NCBI GenBank assembly: GCA_041567895.1
Contig: JBFGAX010000006.1
Span: forward strand, 2,330 to 66,329
DNA from: Acidimicrobiia bacterium
Lineage (GTDB): Bacteria; Actinomycetota; Acidimicrobiia; Spongiisociales; SHLN01
Length of the DNA stretch: 64,000 bases
Direction: 5' to 3'
Shown piece after piece: positions 10,435 to 19,375 of the stretch (positions are counted from its first letter, which is position 1; every line of letters begins with the position of its first letter). The position numbers and the translations under genes are program-made. Below the pieces are notes generated by a model. That model had not been told where the DNA came from. It made no database searches and worked only from the letters and a program-made list of their open reading frames with translations.

Positions 10435-13400
10435 GTGGGGGTACTTCGGGAAGGGTTTGCACGGGTGGAATCGATCGGTCGACGCGTTGTTCGGACACGC
10501 GTCGTGTTAGGGATACTGGCGATTGTTGCTGCGATTTCCTGGACAGGTTTGGGTGCTCCAGCAGGTGCGCATGATTCAGGAGACGATCTCGCGGTTTCGA
10601 TCGTTCCTGTGGTTTCAGGGCTCTCGCAACCAACGGCGGTCGAGATCTCCCCGGATGGCCGCTTCTTCATTCTCGAAAAGGACGGGAAGCTCAAGGTGGC
10701 GAATGGTGAGGGCCAGAGCGCCACGACCGTCCTCGATATTCAGACAGAAGTTCACAGTCAGCTCGACCGGGGCCTCCTGGGTTTGGCGCTCCATCCCGAT
10801 TTCCCGGCGAATGACAGCGTGTACATCAGCTACACGTACGACGCTCCGATTGGAGGCACGGCGCCCACGTACGGCAACGGTAACTGCCCAAACCCCGATG
10901 TCGACGGCTGCCCTGCAACGGGCAAGATTCTGAAGCTCCGCATCAATCCGACGAACCAGATCACCAGTCAGCAGACCCTCGTGCACGGTGCCTGGTGCTA
11001 CCAGTTTCCAACCCACTCGCTCGGCGATCTGGTGTTCGGTCCGGACGGCGCTCTCTACGTTTCTTCCGGGGAGGGCGCCAATCCAGTCACTGCGGACTAC
11101 GGACAGATAGGGTCGAACCCTTGTGGCGATCCCTCATTCGAGGGTGGCGCCGTGCGATCTCAAGATCTGGAGACCAACTTCAACCCGACAGGCGATCCGA
11201 TTACATGGTCGGGTGCCATCGTCCGGTTGGACCCGAACACAGGACAAGCGCGCTCAGACAACCCGCTCGTCCAGGGGCAACCGCAAGGTACGCCTTCCGC
11301 GGCCGATGATCCTCTCATTGCGTACGGGCTTCGCAATCCCTATCGCATGACGTTCCGACCCGGGACCAACGATCTCTGGATCGGTGACGTCGGGTGGGGA
11401 TACGCCGAGGAGATCAATGTTCACACGAATCCTGATGGTTTCGTCGAGAACTTTGGATGGCCTTGCTACGAAGGGCCATCCCCTCAGGGTGTGTACCAGA
11501 GTAAGAACATCCCGATATGTAACGCGCTCTATGGGCAACCCTCGCGAGTCGAAGCGCCCTATTACGCATACGTGCACGAATCCCAGCCGGGCGGTTCCGA
11601 GTGTCAGGCCGAGGGCTCGGCTATCTCTTCGCTCGAGTTCATCGATGGTGCTCCCTACCCGTCGAGTCTCGACGGGTCGCTGGTAGTTGCTGACTATGGA
11701 GTTGGCTGCATCTGGTTGATGGAGCCCGGCGGCAACGGCTTGCCCGATCCTGGTCACGTGGAGACGCTGGCCACGGGGCGCTACACGACTGATATCACCA
11801 GGGCTCCAAATGGCAGCCTCTATGTGGTCGACATCGTCTTCGGAACCGTGAGCCGATTGGACCTTGCTGGTTCCGGCGCCGCTCCCATTGCACGGGTTAC
11901 GGCGTCGCCCCCCGGCGGGTCAACAGCCCCACTGAGCGTCACGTTCGACGCGAGGACCAGCAGTGGAACCAATTTGAGCTTCTCGTGGGACGTTGACAAC
12001 GACGGCGAATTCGACGACGGCATCGGCGCCGTGATCACCAGAACGCTGCAGAGAGGTACGCATCTCGTCTCTGTCCGTGCCAGCAACGGTGCTTTCAGCG
12101 ATGTCGCAACTGTCTCGGTTCCAGTCGGCAACAGCCCCCCGACCGTCACCATCACCTCGCCGGCGTCGTCCGCAACGTTCTCGGCCGGAGACGTCATCGT
12201 CCTCGACGCGTCCGCCTCTGATCCGGATGGAACTCAGCTCACCGACGCCAATTATGAGTGGCAACTGCTGTTGCATCATTGCACCGGCCAGGACTGCCAT
12301 CAGCACTTCGAGGGGACTTACACCGGGCGTCGACAGAGCGTGCAAGGATCCTCGCACCCGTATCCGTCGTACATGGAAGCCGTTCTGACCGTTCACGACG
12401 GCATGGGCGGCACAACGACCGTGTCGCGCGAGATTCAACCGGTTCCGGCGACGCTGACCGTCAGAACAGATCCTCCGGGCGGAAAGATACAGCTGACCCC
12501 GGATTTGGTTGCCACCCCGGCCTCGCAAGTCGTCATCGCCAGGAGTGAGCTGAGCATCTCGGCGCCGGCCCGGCAGGTCATCGGTGGCCAGACCTATGGG
12601 TTCGTTGGATGGTCACAGGGCGGTCCCCGCAGCCAGGAACTCACGGTTGCCGCCGATATGACAGCCACGGCCCGCTACGCCCTCGACAACACGTCGGTGG
12701 CCGTGAGTCCTGCCTCGATCATCATGCCAAATGCTTTTGTCGGCCAGACGACGACGGCCACTATCACGGTCACTACCAGCGGACCTGCGACATCGGTGCC
12801 GGGGTACATCGAGGCGGCAACCGTGAGTGGAGCAGGTCTGGCCCTTGGTGCCATACCGGATGCGGTTCCAGTCAATGCTTCGGCAACCATCCCTGTGACG
12901 TTCTCGCCAACGGTTTCGGGATCGATCAACGGTCAGGCGACTCTCGTGATCAACGGTAAGAACTACACCGTGCCGATCACCGCCAGTGCCACCCTCGCAC
13001 CCATTGCGACACTCCAGGTACCGTCGGATGCAGGCGAGATTGGTCGGATCATCCAGGGGGTCCCTCGTCGTTTCGGTGTGCGGCTCGCAGCCGTCGGGGA
13101 GCCGTATGAACGACCGATTCGGATAACGGGCGCCTCTTCAACCGATCCACGGATTTCAATAGTCGATGTTCCCACCTTGATCAACGTAGGAGAAACGGGA
13201 GTTGTCACGATCTCCGTGAGCGAGGACGAGTTGGGCGTATTCAACTCGGAGCTGGTGGTCCTCGTCGGATTGGAGCGTGTGACGATTGCTCTGCGCGCGG
13301 GCGTTTCGGAGGAAGCTGATTCTCCCGCTCTCTTCGACCCCACAACCGGTCGTTGGCAGGTGACCGATGTATATGGCGACACCAGATACTTCTATTACGG

Positions 13401-14004
13401 CAATCCGGGCGACGTGCCATTGTTGGGCGACTGGGATTGCGACGGATTCGATACCCCCGGCATGTTCCGGCCCTCGAACGGCTTTGTGTATATCACGAAT
13501 CGTGCGCAAACTGGCGTCGCCGAGCGGGAATTCTTCTACGGCCAGGGCGGCGACATCCCGATCGTTGGCGACTGGAACAACAACGGGTGCGACACTCTGG
13601 CGATATATCGGTCAGGAGAAGTGTTTGTTCGAAACTCCCTCGGGACCGGGGTTGCCGACTTTTCATATTTCTTCGGCGACAACGGAGATCGACCCTTTGC
13701 CGGGGATTTCGACGGCGATGGAGTGACGAGTGTCGGCCTGTATCGCGAGACCACCGGATTTGTCTATTTTCGCGACTCGCTCACGAGCGGTAAGGCCGAG
13801 CAGTCCTTCTTCTACGGAATTCCCAGTGACAAGATCATTGCAGGCGACTACGACGGGGACAGCAAGGAAACCGTCGGCATCTTCCGGCCTTTCGAAAGCC
13901 GCTTCTACCTGTCGAATGTGAATGCGCAACGTGCCGCTGACCTCATGATCGACATCGAAGGAGCTTCGGGCTGGATTCCGACCGTGGGGCTCCTGCCAAT
14001 CTGA
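10435..14004 (+). CDS. Large secreted multidomain protein: PQQ-dependent sugar (glucose/sorbosone) dehydrogenase-like beta-propeller + PKD domains + Ig-like region + C-terminal four-fold FG-GAP-like Ca-binding repeats
   Basis: A signal peptide (VLGILAIVAAISWTGLGAPAGA) leads into an sGDH-family block (SGLSQPTAVEISPDGRFFILEKDGKLKV...LDRGLLGLALHPDF...SVYISYTY). PKD-like segments follow (SVTFDARTSSGTNLSFSWDVDNDGEFDDG). The protein ends in four repeats of about 46 aa with consensus FFYG-PGD-P--GDWDGDG-DT-G-YR---GF-Y. Confidence 0.8.
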   Translation: MGVLREGFARVESIGRRVVRTRVVLGILAIVAAISWTGLGAPAGAHDSGDDLAVSIVPVVSGLSQPTAVEISPDGRFFILEKDGKLKVANGEGQSATTVLDIQTEVHSQLDRGLLGLALHPDFPANDSVYISYTYDAPIGGTAPTYGNGNCPNPDVDGCPATGKILKLRINPTNQITSQQTLVHGAWCYQFPTHSLGDLVFGPDGALYVSSGEGANPVTADYGQIGSNPCGDPSFEGGAVRSQDLETNFNPTGDPITWSGAIVRLDPNTGQARSDNPLVQGQPQGTPSAADDPLIAYGLRNPYRMTFRPGTNDLWIGDVGWGYAEEINVHTNPDGFVENFGWPCYEGPSPQGVYQSKNIPICNALYGQPSRVEAPYYAYVHESQPGGSECQAEGSAISSLEFIDGAPYPSSLDGSLVVADYGVGCIWLMEPGGNGLPDPGHVETLATGRYTTDITRAPNGSLYVVDIVFGTVSRLDLAGSGAAPIARVTASPPGGSTAPLSVTFDARTSSGTNLSFSWDVDNDGEFDDGIGAVITRTLQRGTHLVSVRASNGAFSDVATVSVPVGNSPPTVTITSPASSATFSAGDVIVLDASASDPDGTQLTDANYEWQLLLHHCTGQDCHQHFEGTYTGRRQSVQGSSHPYPSYMEAVLTVHDGMGGTTTVSREIQPVPATLTVRTDPPGGKIQLTPDLVATPASQVVIARSELSISAPARQVIGGQTYGFVGWSQGGPRSQELTVAADMTATARYALDNTSVAVSPASIIMPNAFVGQTTTATITVTTSGPATSVPGYIEAATVSGAGLALGAIPDAVPVNASATIPVTFSPTVSGSINGQATLVINGKNYTVPITASATLAPIATLQVPSDAGEIGRIIQGVPRRFGVRLAAVGEPYERPIRITGASSTDPRISIVDVPTLINVGETGVVTISVSEDELGVFNSELVVLVGLERVTIALRAGVSEEADSPALFDPTTGRWQVTDVYGDTRYFYYGNPGDVPLLGDWDCDGFDTPGMFRPSNGFVYITNRAQTGVAEREFFYGQGGDIPIVGDWNNNGCDTLAIYRSGEVFVRNSLGTGVADFSYFFGDNGDRPFAGDFDGDGVTSVGLYRETTGFVYFRDSLTSGKAEQSFFYGIPSDKIIAGDYDGDSKETVGIFRPFESRFYLSNVNAQRAADLMIDIEGASGWIPTVGLLPI

Positions 14005-14059
14005 TAACGGTTTTGTCGCGCGCCACGTATACCTTCACAGCAACCGGAAAGGAGGGTGC

Positions 14060-14428
14060 ATGGATCGCACCAGCATTCCGGAGGACGATCTGTTAGCTGA
14101 CGATGAAGATGTGAACATCGTCTTGCTGCGCGGCAACGTCGTCGCCGAACCCGAAATCAGACATTTTGATTCGGGCTCGGTCTCGATTCGATATCTGACA
14201 ACAGTTCGGGTAACGGAGCCGAGACGCAGACTCGATGTGATACCAGTCACACTATGGGACCCGCCCGAAGATCTCATGAGGCACCCGGGGAGGTCGCACG
14301 ATCGTATTTGGGTTCTCGGTTCGGTGCAGCGACGCTTCTGGCCGATGGCGTCCGCCGATCGCAGCCGCAGCCGGATCGAAGTAGTCGCGAACCGCATCGA
14401 TATCGGAGCCGGGGGAGATTTCGGCTAG
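14060..14428 (+). CDS. Single-stranded DNA-binding protein paralog (SSB OB-fold, no acidic C-terminal tail; SsbB-like)
   Basis: A strong RBS (aaaggaggg) lies 4-5 nt before the ATG. VNIVLLRGNVVAEPEIRHFDSGSVSIRYLTTVRV matches the SSB N-terminus (VNKVILIGNLGQDPEVRY...). The conserved W (TLWDPPED) and the motif IWVLGSVQRRFW...RIEVVANRI match the SSB L45/beta-strands. There is no DDDIPF tail. Confidence 0.55.
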   Translation: MDRTSIPEDDLLADDEDVNIVLLRGNVVAEPEIRHFDSGSVSIRYLTTVRVTEPRRRLDVIPVTLWDPPEDLMRHPGRSHDRIWVLGSVQRRFWPMASADRSRSRIEVVANRIDIGAGGDFG

Positions 14429-14441
14429 CCTTTCCCGCTCA

Positions 14442-15929
14442 ATGACGTCCCTGGCCATCGCGGCCCCTACACAACTATCGGTGGATGCCGCGCTTTCGAT
14501 CGCCGCGGACGGTGGCAACGCCGTCGACGCAACGCTGGCGGCATTGCTCGTTGACCTCGTCGTGAACCCGGGCGTTGTGTCTCCGGGTTCCGGTGCGTTC
14601 ATAACGGTGGAACCGGTTGAGGGAGATGCCGTTACGATTGACGGGTACTGCGCGATGCCGGGGCTGGGTCGAGATCGAAATCGACCCATTTCGACCCGGG
14701 TGGCCTCCATGGAGTACGGAGGCGGGATTACCACGGTCGTCGGTCACGGTTCGGTGGCAGTGCCCGGCGTGTATGCGGCCATTGCATCGACGTGGGAGCG
14801 CTTCGGCTCGTTGTCCTGGCGGCGACTGTTCGACGGAGCGATCGAGGTGGCCGCCGACGGATATCCGGTTCCAGATGCCTCGGCTTACTACTTCCAATAT
14901 TCACACCTCGACGCGTACGGGTGGCAAGACGAAAGCTACCGCGCGCTCCATGACGAACAGGGAACGGTTCGGTCGGTCATCAAACACACCCACCTCGCCG
15001 AGACTCTGCAACGCATCGCAGAGCTCGGCGCCGACGACTTCTACCGGGGCGAGACAGCCCGGCGGATTGTGGCGGAGATGGAAGCTGGAAACGGGTTGAT
15101 AACACAGCGTGATCTTGCCGAATATCGGGCCCTCGATCGGACGCCGATTCACGTACAGGTTGGCGATTGGGCGATCGCAACGAATCCCGCACCGGCCGTG
15201 GGAGGCGCTGCAATGGCTGCGATGGTTCGAATCGCAGAATCACTGAGCGCGTGGGAATCAGTCGATCAAATGGCTGAAATTCAAGCCGCTGTGCTCGGGT
15301 ATCGCCAGCTGATGCCCGCCATCGACCTCGAAGCGGAAGTAGCAGAGTTCCTGGACCGGTCCGCCACCGGCCTGCATGCCCTCACCGGTTCACCGAGCAC
15401 GATACAGCTGTCGGCGGTTGGCGGCGATGGACTGGCAGTCTCCGTGACGGCTTCGGGAGGCTACGGGTCCGGTGTCATCGTCCCCGGGACCGGGATGTGG
15501 ATGAACAACTGCCTCGGAGAAGTCGAGTTATCGCCTCGTGGTCTGTTTTCGGTTGAGCCGGGTAGGCGGCTGCTGTCGAACATGGCACCGACAGTGGCAA
15601 AAGGTCCGGGGGGCGAAGTTCTCGCCATAGGATCTCCGGGCGCGTCGCGTATCACCACAGCGATCATGCAGGTTCTCGGCAAACTCACCGCCCTGAACGA
15701 ATCGCTGGCGAGGGCGGTCGAGTCCCCGCGTTTTCACATCGATCTGGACAACAGCGACCCGACCTTTGTGCACGAGCCCGGAATCGAACCCCCGGCAGCC
15801 TGGCCGAGCCGTGCGTTCGACGGTCTCAATATGTACTTTGGAGGCGTCCAGGCCGCGCACCGATTGGCCGACGGCACTCTCGAGGCCGTTGCGGATAGCC
15901 GCAGGGCGAGCGTGGCCGCGACTATATAG
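14442..15929 (+). CDS. ggt: Gamma-glutamyltransferase family protein
   Basis: The protein is 495 aa. The N-terminus reads AIAAPTQLSVDAALSIAADGGNAVDATLAA. It carries the glycine-rich GGT core with a nucleophile Thr region (SPGASRITTAIMQV) and GGVQAAH. Confidence 0.75.
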   Translation: MTSLAIAAPTQLSVDAALSIAADGGNAVDATLAALLVDLVVNPGVVSPGSGAFITVEPVEGDAVTIDGYCAMPGLGRDRNRPISTRVASMEYGGGITTVVGHGSVAVPGVYAAIASTWERFGSLSWRRLFDGAIEVAADGYPVPDASAYYFQYSHLDAYGWQDESYRALHDEQGTVRSVIKHTHLAETLQRIAELGADDFYRGETARRIVAEMEAGNGLITQRDLAEYRALDRTPIHVQVGDWAIATNPAPAVGGAAMAAMVRIAESLSAWESVDQMAEIQAAVLGYRQLMPAIDLEAEVAEFLDRSATGLHALTGSPSTIQLSAVGGDGLAVSVTASGGYGSGVIVPGTGMWMNNCLGEVELSPRGLFSVEPGRRLLSNMAPTVAKGPGGEVLAIGSPGASRITTAIMQVLGKLTALNESLARAVESPRFHIDLDNSDPTFVHEPGIEPPAAWPSRAFDGLNMYFGGVQAAHRLADGTLEAVADSRRASVAATI

Positions 15930-15940
15930 CGACGACCCGC

Positions 15941-16663
15941 TCAGAAATGGGGCCATGGCAGCGCCGGTCGATCGAGTGGCGGTTGTGGATGCACGCGTGA
16001 GGTCAAGAGAGAAAGGGATCGTGACCGAAGCGCTCTGGCTTCTGGCTCTCCCAGGAGTTGGGCGACCTCTGTGAATACAGCCTCGTGCGCCACGAGCATT
16101 TCGACGGACTCGAGGAGCGATTCGGGAACCTCCATTCCTGCGAAGCTCCACAGCACCGTACGGAGTTTTTCTTCGGAGTGAAAAGCAAGTCCGTGATCGA
16201 TCCCTATCGCGCGCTCGCCGACCAGGAAGATGTGCCCGACTTTGCGATCGGCGTTGTTGATGACGATGTCAAGGAGCGCGATCGGCCACAAATCCGCATC
16301 GGCGTTGTTGACCATGTCCACCAGCCGGGTCACATCGGTTTCGTGTTCAACGACTTCCTGCACAGAGCCCGGACCTGCTGGACCGTCGACGATGGCTGTA
16401 CGCGGCACGCAGTCGAGGTGCATGACCTCACTGACCCGGTACGCGAGGTACTCCCGGCTCGGAAGCGTCGATACGTCGAAATCGTGTAGAGGGCGTTGAC
16501 CAACTTCCGGTTTGTATATCAGCGCCCGACCGTCAACGGTTCTGGCTAGGAGTGTCGCATTTGATGCTTCAATGAATCGTCCTTCGAGTTCGGCGATTGG
16601 TGGTGGCCACGCATCAGCGTCGATGGCCGTTTTCCTTCGGACAGGCGACGCAGACCTCACCAT
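15941..16663 (-). CDS. SCO1664 family protein (conserved actinobacterial, PI3/4-kinase-like fold); start set at the internal ATG at 16661..16663
   Basis: This is the C-terminal part of the 367-aa track ORF (ARTVDGRALIYKPEVGQRPLHDFD...HIFLVGERAIGIDHGLAF). The upstream part of that ORF overlaps DUF3090 in another frame and is not coding. This gene is the third member of the conserved phosphatase/DUF3090/SCO1664 triad. Confidence 0.6.
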   Translation of the reverse strand: MVRSASPVRRKTAIDADAWPPPIAELEGRFIEASNATLLARTVDGRALIYKPEVGQRPLHDFDVSTLPSREYLAYRVSEVMHLDCVPRTAIVDGPAGPGSVQEVVEHETDVTRLVDMVNNADADLWPIALLDIVINNADRKVGHIFLVGERAIGIDHGLAFHSEEKLRTVLWSFAGMEVPESLLESVEMLVAHEAVFTEVAQLLGEPEARALRSRSLSLLTSRVHPQPPLDRPALPWPHF

Positions 16664-17087
16664 CCATCGGCAGGCCGCATTTCGGGCACGGCTTTCTACC
16701 TTTGCCCACCGAGTCGAGCGCCTGGTAGCACATCGCAAGCACCTGAGACGGCGTGGCGGAGAACTCGATCGACGCCACCTCTGGATCTGTGGGTGCGAAC
16801 TGGAAAGAGTATTCGTCGTCTCCAAAACCCACTGCAATCTGGCCGACTCTGAATATGACCTCCTCGGGCACGCCGATGTCGTCGGCGGGTTGTTCGGGAG
16901 GAAGTGGGTAGTTGGTTCGGAGCAGGTCGAGGCATCGTTCGGCGAGGCTTTGTACCTGTTGTTTTTCGAGAAGCATCCAATAGGAGGCGTCGTTGACACC
17001 AACTCTGACGAGAAAGGTCCGCTGTCCTGGTTCCCCAATAGCACCGGCCGCGAAGGCGTCTACGTTGCCGAGATTCAATGCAACCAC
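16614..17087 (-). CDS. DUF3090 domain-containing protein
   Basis: The 157-aa protein has a C-terminal Zn-ribbon-like CPKCGLPMDGEVCVACP. The body (FLVRVGVNDASYWMLLEKQQVQSLAE) is typical of DUF3090. The start overlaps the stop of the upstream phosphatase by 13 nt. Confidence 0.7.
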   Translation of the reverse strand: MVALNLGNVDAFAAGAIGEPGQRTFLVRVGVNDASYWMLLEKQQVQSLAERCLDLLRTNYPLPPEQPADDIGVPEEVIFRVGQIAVGFGDDEYSFQFAPTDPEVASIEFSATPSQVLAMCYQALDSVGKGRKPCPKCGLPMDGEVCVACPKENGHRR

Positions 17088-17704
17088 CCCTCGATATCGG
17101 ATCGGACGTTCACGGCCTGGATGGTGGGATGTCCGCTCCGTGGCAAGTCGAGAACGGTGATGCTCGATGGGGAAACAGATATCCGCTGAAACAGGTCCTG
17201 CGGGGCCCCCAGGTAGTGAGAAACGACAGATTTGATCACGTCTGCGTGTGTGACCACGATCACGAGATCTCCGGGTTTATGGAGATCGGAAATTCTTTCG
17301 CATCCGGCGATCGCCCGACTTTGTGCTTCTGCCAGACTTTCGCCCTTCGGGAATCGAACGCGGGACGGGGCACTGTAGAGGTGGCGCCACGCTTTGAGGC
17401 GATTGAGGTCTTTGAGCTTGCGACCGGACCATTCCCCATAGTCGATTTCTTCGAACGACTTCATCACCCGAGGTTTCATGGCAATGACCGATGCGAGCTC
17501 CGCGGCGGTCTCGCGGCATCGCTGGACCGGTGAGGTGTACAGTGCCGCAAACTTGCCCGACACGAATTGCGCCGCCGCATGTCGGGCGCTGGTCTTGCCC
17601 GCTTCGCCGAGACCTACACCGGGTGTCCTACCGGTGAGAACGGAACCGGTCTCTGGCGTAGGGGCGTGTCGAACGAAGAAGAGCCTCGGCATCGCCGGAA
17701 GCAT
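17075..17704 (-). CDS. Histidine phosphatase family protein (MSMEG_4193-family putative phosphomutase)
   Basis: LFFVRHAPT carries the RHG-type catalytic motif of the PGAM/histidine phosphatase superfamily. The downstream VVTHADVIKS holds the second His. This gene is the first in the coupled triad. Confidence 0.7.
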   Translation of the reverse strand: MLPAMPRLFFVRHAPTPETGSVLTGRTPGVGLGEAGKTSARHAAAQFVSGKFAALYTSPVQRCRETAAELASVIAMKPRVMKSFEEIDYGEWSGRKLKDLNRLKAWRHLYSAPSRVRFPKGESLAEAQSRAIAGCERISDLHKPGDLVIVVTHADVIKSVVSHYLGAPQDLFQRISVSPSSITVLDLPRSGHPTIQAVNVRSDIEGWLH

Positions 17705-17772
17705 AACGTGACGCTCCGTTGTGATCCTTTCGAACGTCGGGTAGCAGAAGGAGCGAAGGTAGGCTCACGTCG

Positions 17773-18435
17773 ATGTTTCGGGTCCTGGCCCAGCCGCGAT
17801 GGTCCTTGGGCCTCCTCGTTGTCATTGTTGCCGCCGTTGGCTTCGTACTGCTCGGCTTCTGGCAACTGTCCAGACACGACGAGCAACAGGTTCGAAATGT
17901 GGCTTTGGCGAATCAAGAGCTCGTCGTCGGGTTGTCGCCGGAAGCCGGTGCATACCAGCTGGTAGAGGTCGAAGGTTCGTGGGAACCGGATTCGACCTTT
18001 GAGCTGGTACCTCGCAATCGAAATGGTGTGCTTGGTGCCTCGGTTGTATCGATATTTCTGACGCGCTCGGGCGAGTATCTGGCGGTTGACCGCGGGTGGA
18101 CTGACGCGATTGGAGAACTGCCAGAACCAGCACCCCTCGAGTCGGTCACGATCATCGGGCGGCTCATCGAGAGTCAGGATTTCGGGAGCGGTCCTTTGGC
18201 AGCCCGTAGATACGGCCGCCTCGATCTCGGCGCATTTGGTGCGGAGGTTGGAAAACCTCTGTTCCCACTTGCGCTCGTTGCCGATTCGATTTCCCCCGAT
18301 TCCACCGAACTTGCTCGCGACCTCCAACTCACGCCGTCGTCGACTCCACATCTGAGTTATGCCTACCAATGGTTCGCGTTCTCGGCCATTGTGGTGATCG
18401 GGTTCATATTGCTCCTTCGGAAAGTATCGAAGTGA
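17773..18435 (+). CDS. SURF1 family cytochrome oxidase assembly protein
   Basis: It has a TM helix at each end (LGLLVVIVAAVGFVLLGFWQLSRH ... HLSYAYQWFAFSAIVVIGFILLL) and the SURF1-characteristic motifs. Confidence 0.75.
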   Translation: MFRVLAQPRWSLGLLVVIVAAVGFVLLGFWQLSRHDEQQVRNVALANQELVVGLSPEAGAYQLVEVEGSWEPDSTFELVPRNRNGVLGASVVSIFLTRSGEYLAVDRGWTDAIGELPEPAPLESVTIIGRLIESQDFGSGPLAARRYGRLDLGAFGAEVGKPLFPLALVADSISPDSTELARDLQLTPSSTPHLSYAYQWFAFSAIVVIGFILLLRKVSK

Positions 18436-19358
18436 CCACCTTGAGGCGCTCGGCCGCCGTAGCAATTGTGGGAGGTCTGGGATTGACGGCGCTCGGACTG
18501 GCGGCCGCCAGGGACTGGCGCCTTGGCCTGATTGTCAATTTTCGGCTGCAGCTGCTCTTCGGGTTCATGATTCTCGTCGCGATCATGATCGCGGTCGGGA
18601 ACCGTCGGTGGCTCCTACCTGCCGTGGTGGGGCTCACGATCAATGCCTTCCTGGTAGCTCCCTGGCTCGGTTTCGGCTCCGGCTCCGGCTCCGGCTCCGG
18701 GGAATCTGTCACCGTGCTCCATTTGAACTTGTTCGCGGCGAACCGCGATTCGGCTGCGGTGGTGGAGTTACTTGAAGAGACGGACGCCGATATCGCCTTT
18801 CTCGCCGAGGCGACGGCCAGCTGGCGTCGTCGTCTCCGCGGCGTGGAGATTCCGTTCGAGGTGGTGGCGACTCCCGGGGACGTTCGATTTGGAATCATCG
18901 CTCTTTCGAAGATTCCGGTTGAGACCCGGGTGCTGGGCGTGAGTACGTTCCAGCTGCCGACACCCTTGCTGTCGTTTGAGCTCGACGGCGAGCCCATCAC
19001 GGTCATGAGCTTTCATACGACCAGTCCGGTCAATGTTCGACGCGATGCTGCTCGCGACGAACAACTCATGGCGCTCAGTGATCTCGTAGCATCCGTCGAG
19101 GGACATGGAGTTCTCATCGGCGATCTCAACGCGACGCCGTGGACGCCGGGCATGTCCCTGATCGAAGATGCCGGATACGAAAACTCCCTTCGCAGCTCCG
19201 GATTGCAGCCGAGCTGGCCTGCGGGGCTCGGTCCGTTCATGATTCCCATCGATCACGCGTTCCACTCCGAGGGTCTCGAGGTGGTCACACGAAGGACGGT
19301 AGCGAGTTCTGGATCGGACCATCTCGGAATCGAAATCGAGTTGGCTCTCAAACGCTAG
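18432..19358 (+). CDS. Endonuclease/exonuclease/phosphatase (EEP) family protein with N-terminal TM segments and a GSGSGS linker
   Basis: A GTG start overlaps the SURF1 stop (GTGA). TM helices are followed by LHLNLFAANRD...IAFLAEA...IGDLNATPW...GSDHLGIEIELALK, which are EEP catalytic motifs. Confidence 0.65.
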   Translation: MTTLRRSAAVAIVGGLGLTALGLAAARDWRLGLIVNFRLQLLFGFMILVAIMIAVGNRRWLLPAVVGLTINAFLVAPWLGFGSGSGSGSGESVTVLHLNLFAANRDSAAVVELLEETDADIAFLAEATASWRRRLRGVEIPFEVVATPGDVRFGIIALSKIPVETRVLGVSTFQLPTPLLSFELDGEPITVMSFHTTSPVNVRRDAARDEQLMALSDLVASVEGHGVLIGDLNATPWTPGMSLIEDAGYENSLRSSGLQPSWPAGLGPFMIPIDHAFHSEGLEVVTRRTVASSGSDHLGIEIELALKR

Positions 19359-19375
19359 AAGATCAGCTTTGAGCG

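Noticed and set aside
15220-15240. tRNA T-loop-like string ggttcgaatcgc
   Set aside because: It lies inside the ggt coding sequence with no flanking acceptor or anticodon stem complementarity. No tRNA was detected elsewhere either.
16664-17044. Upstream extension of the SCO1664-family ORF
   Set aside because: It overlaps DUF3090, a well-conserved family, out of frame. Its sequence is Ser/Arg/Pro-rich nonsense typical of shadow ORFs.
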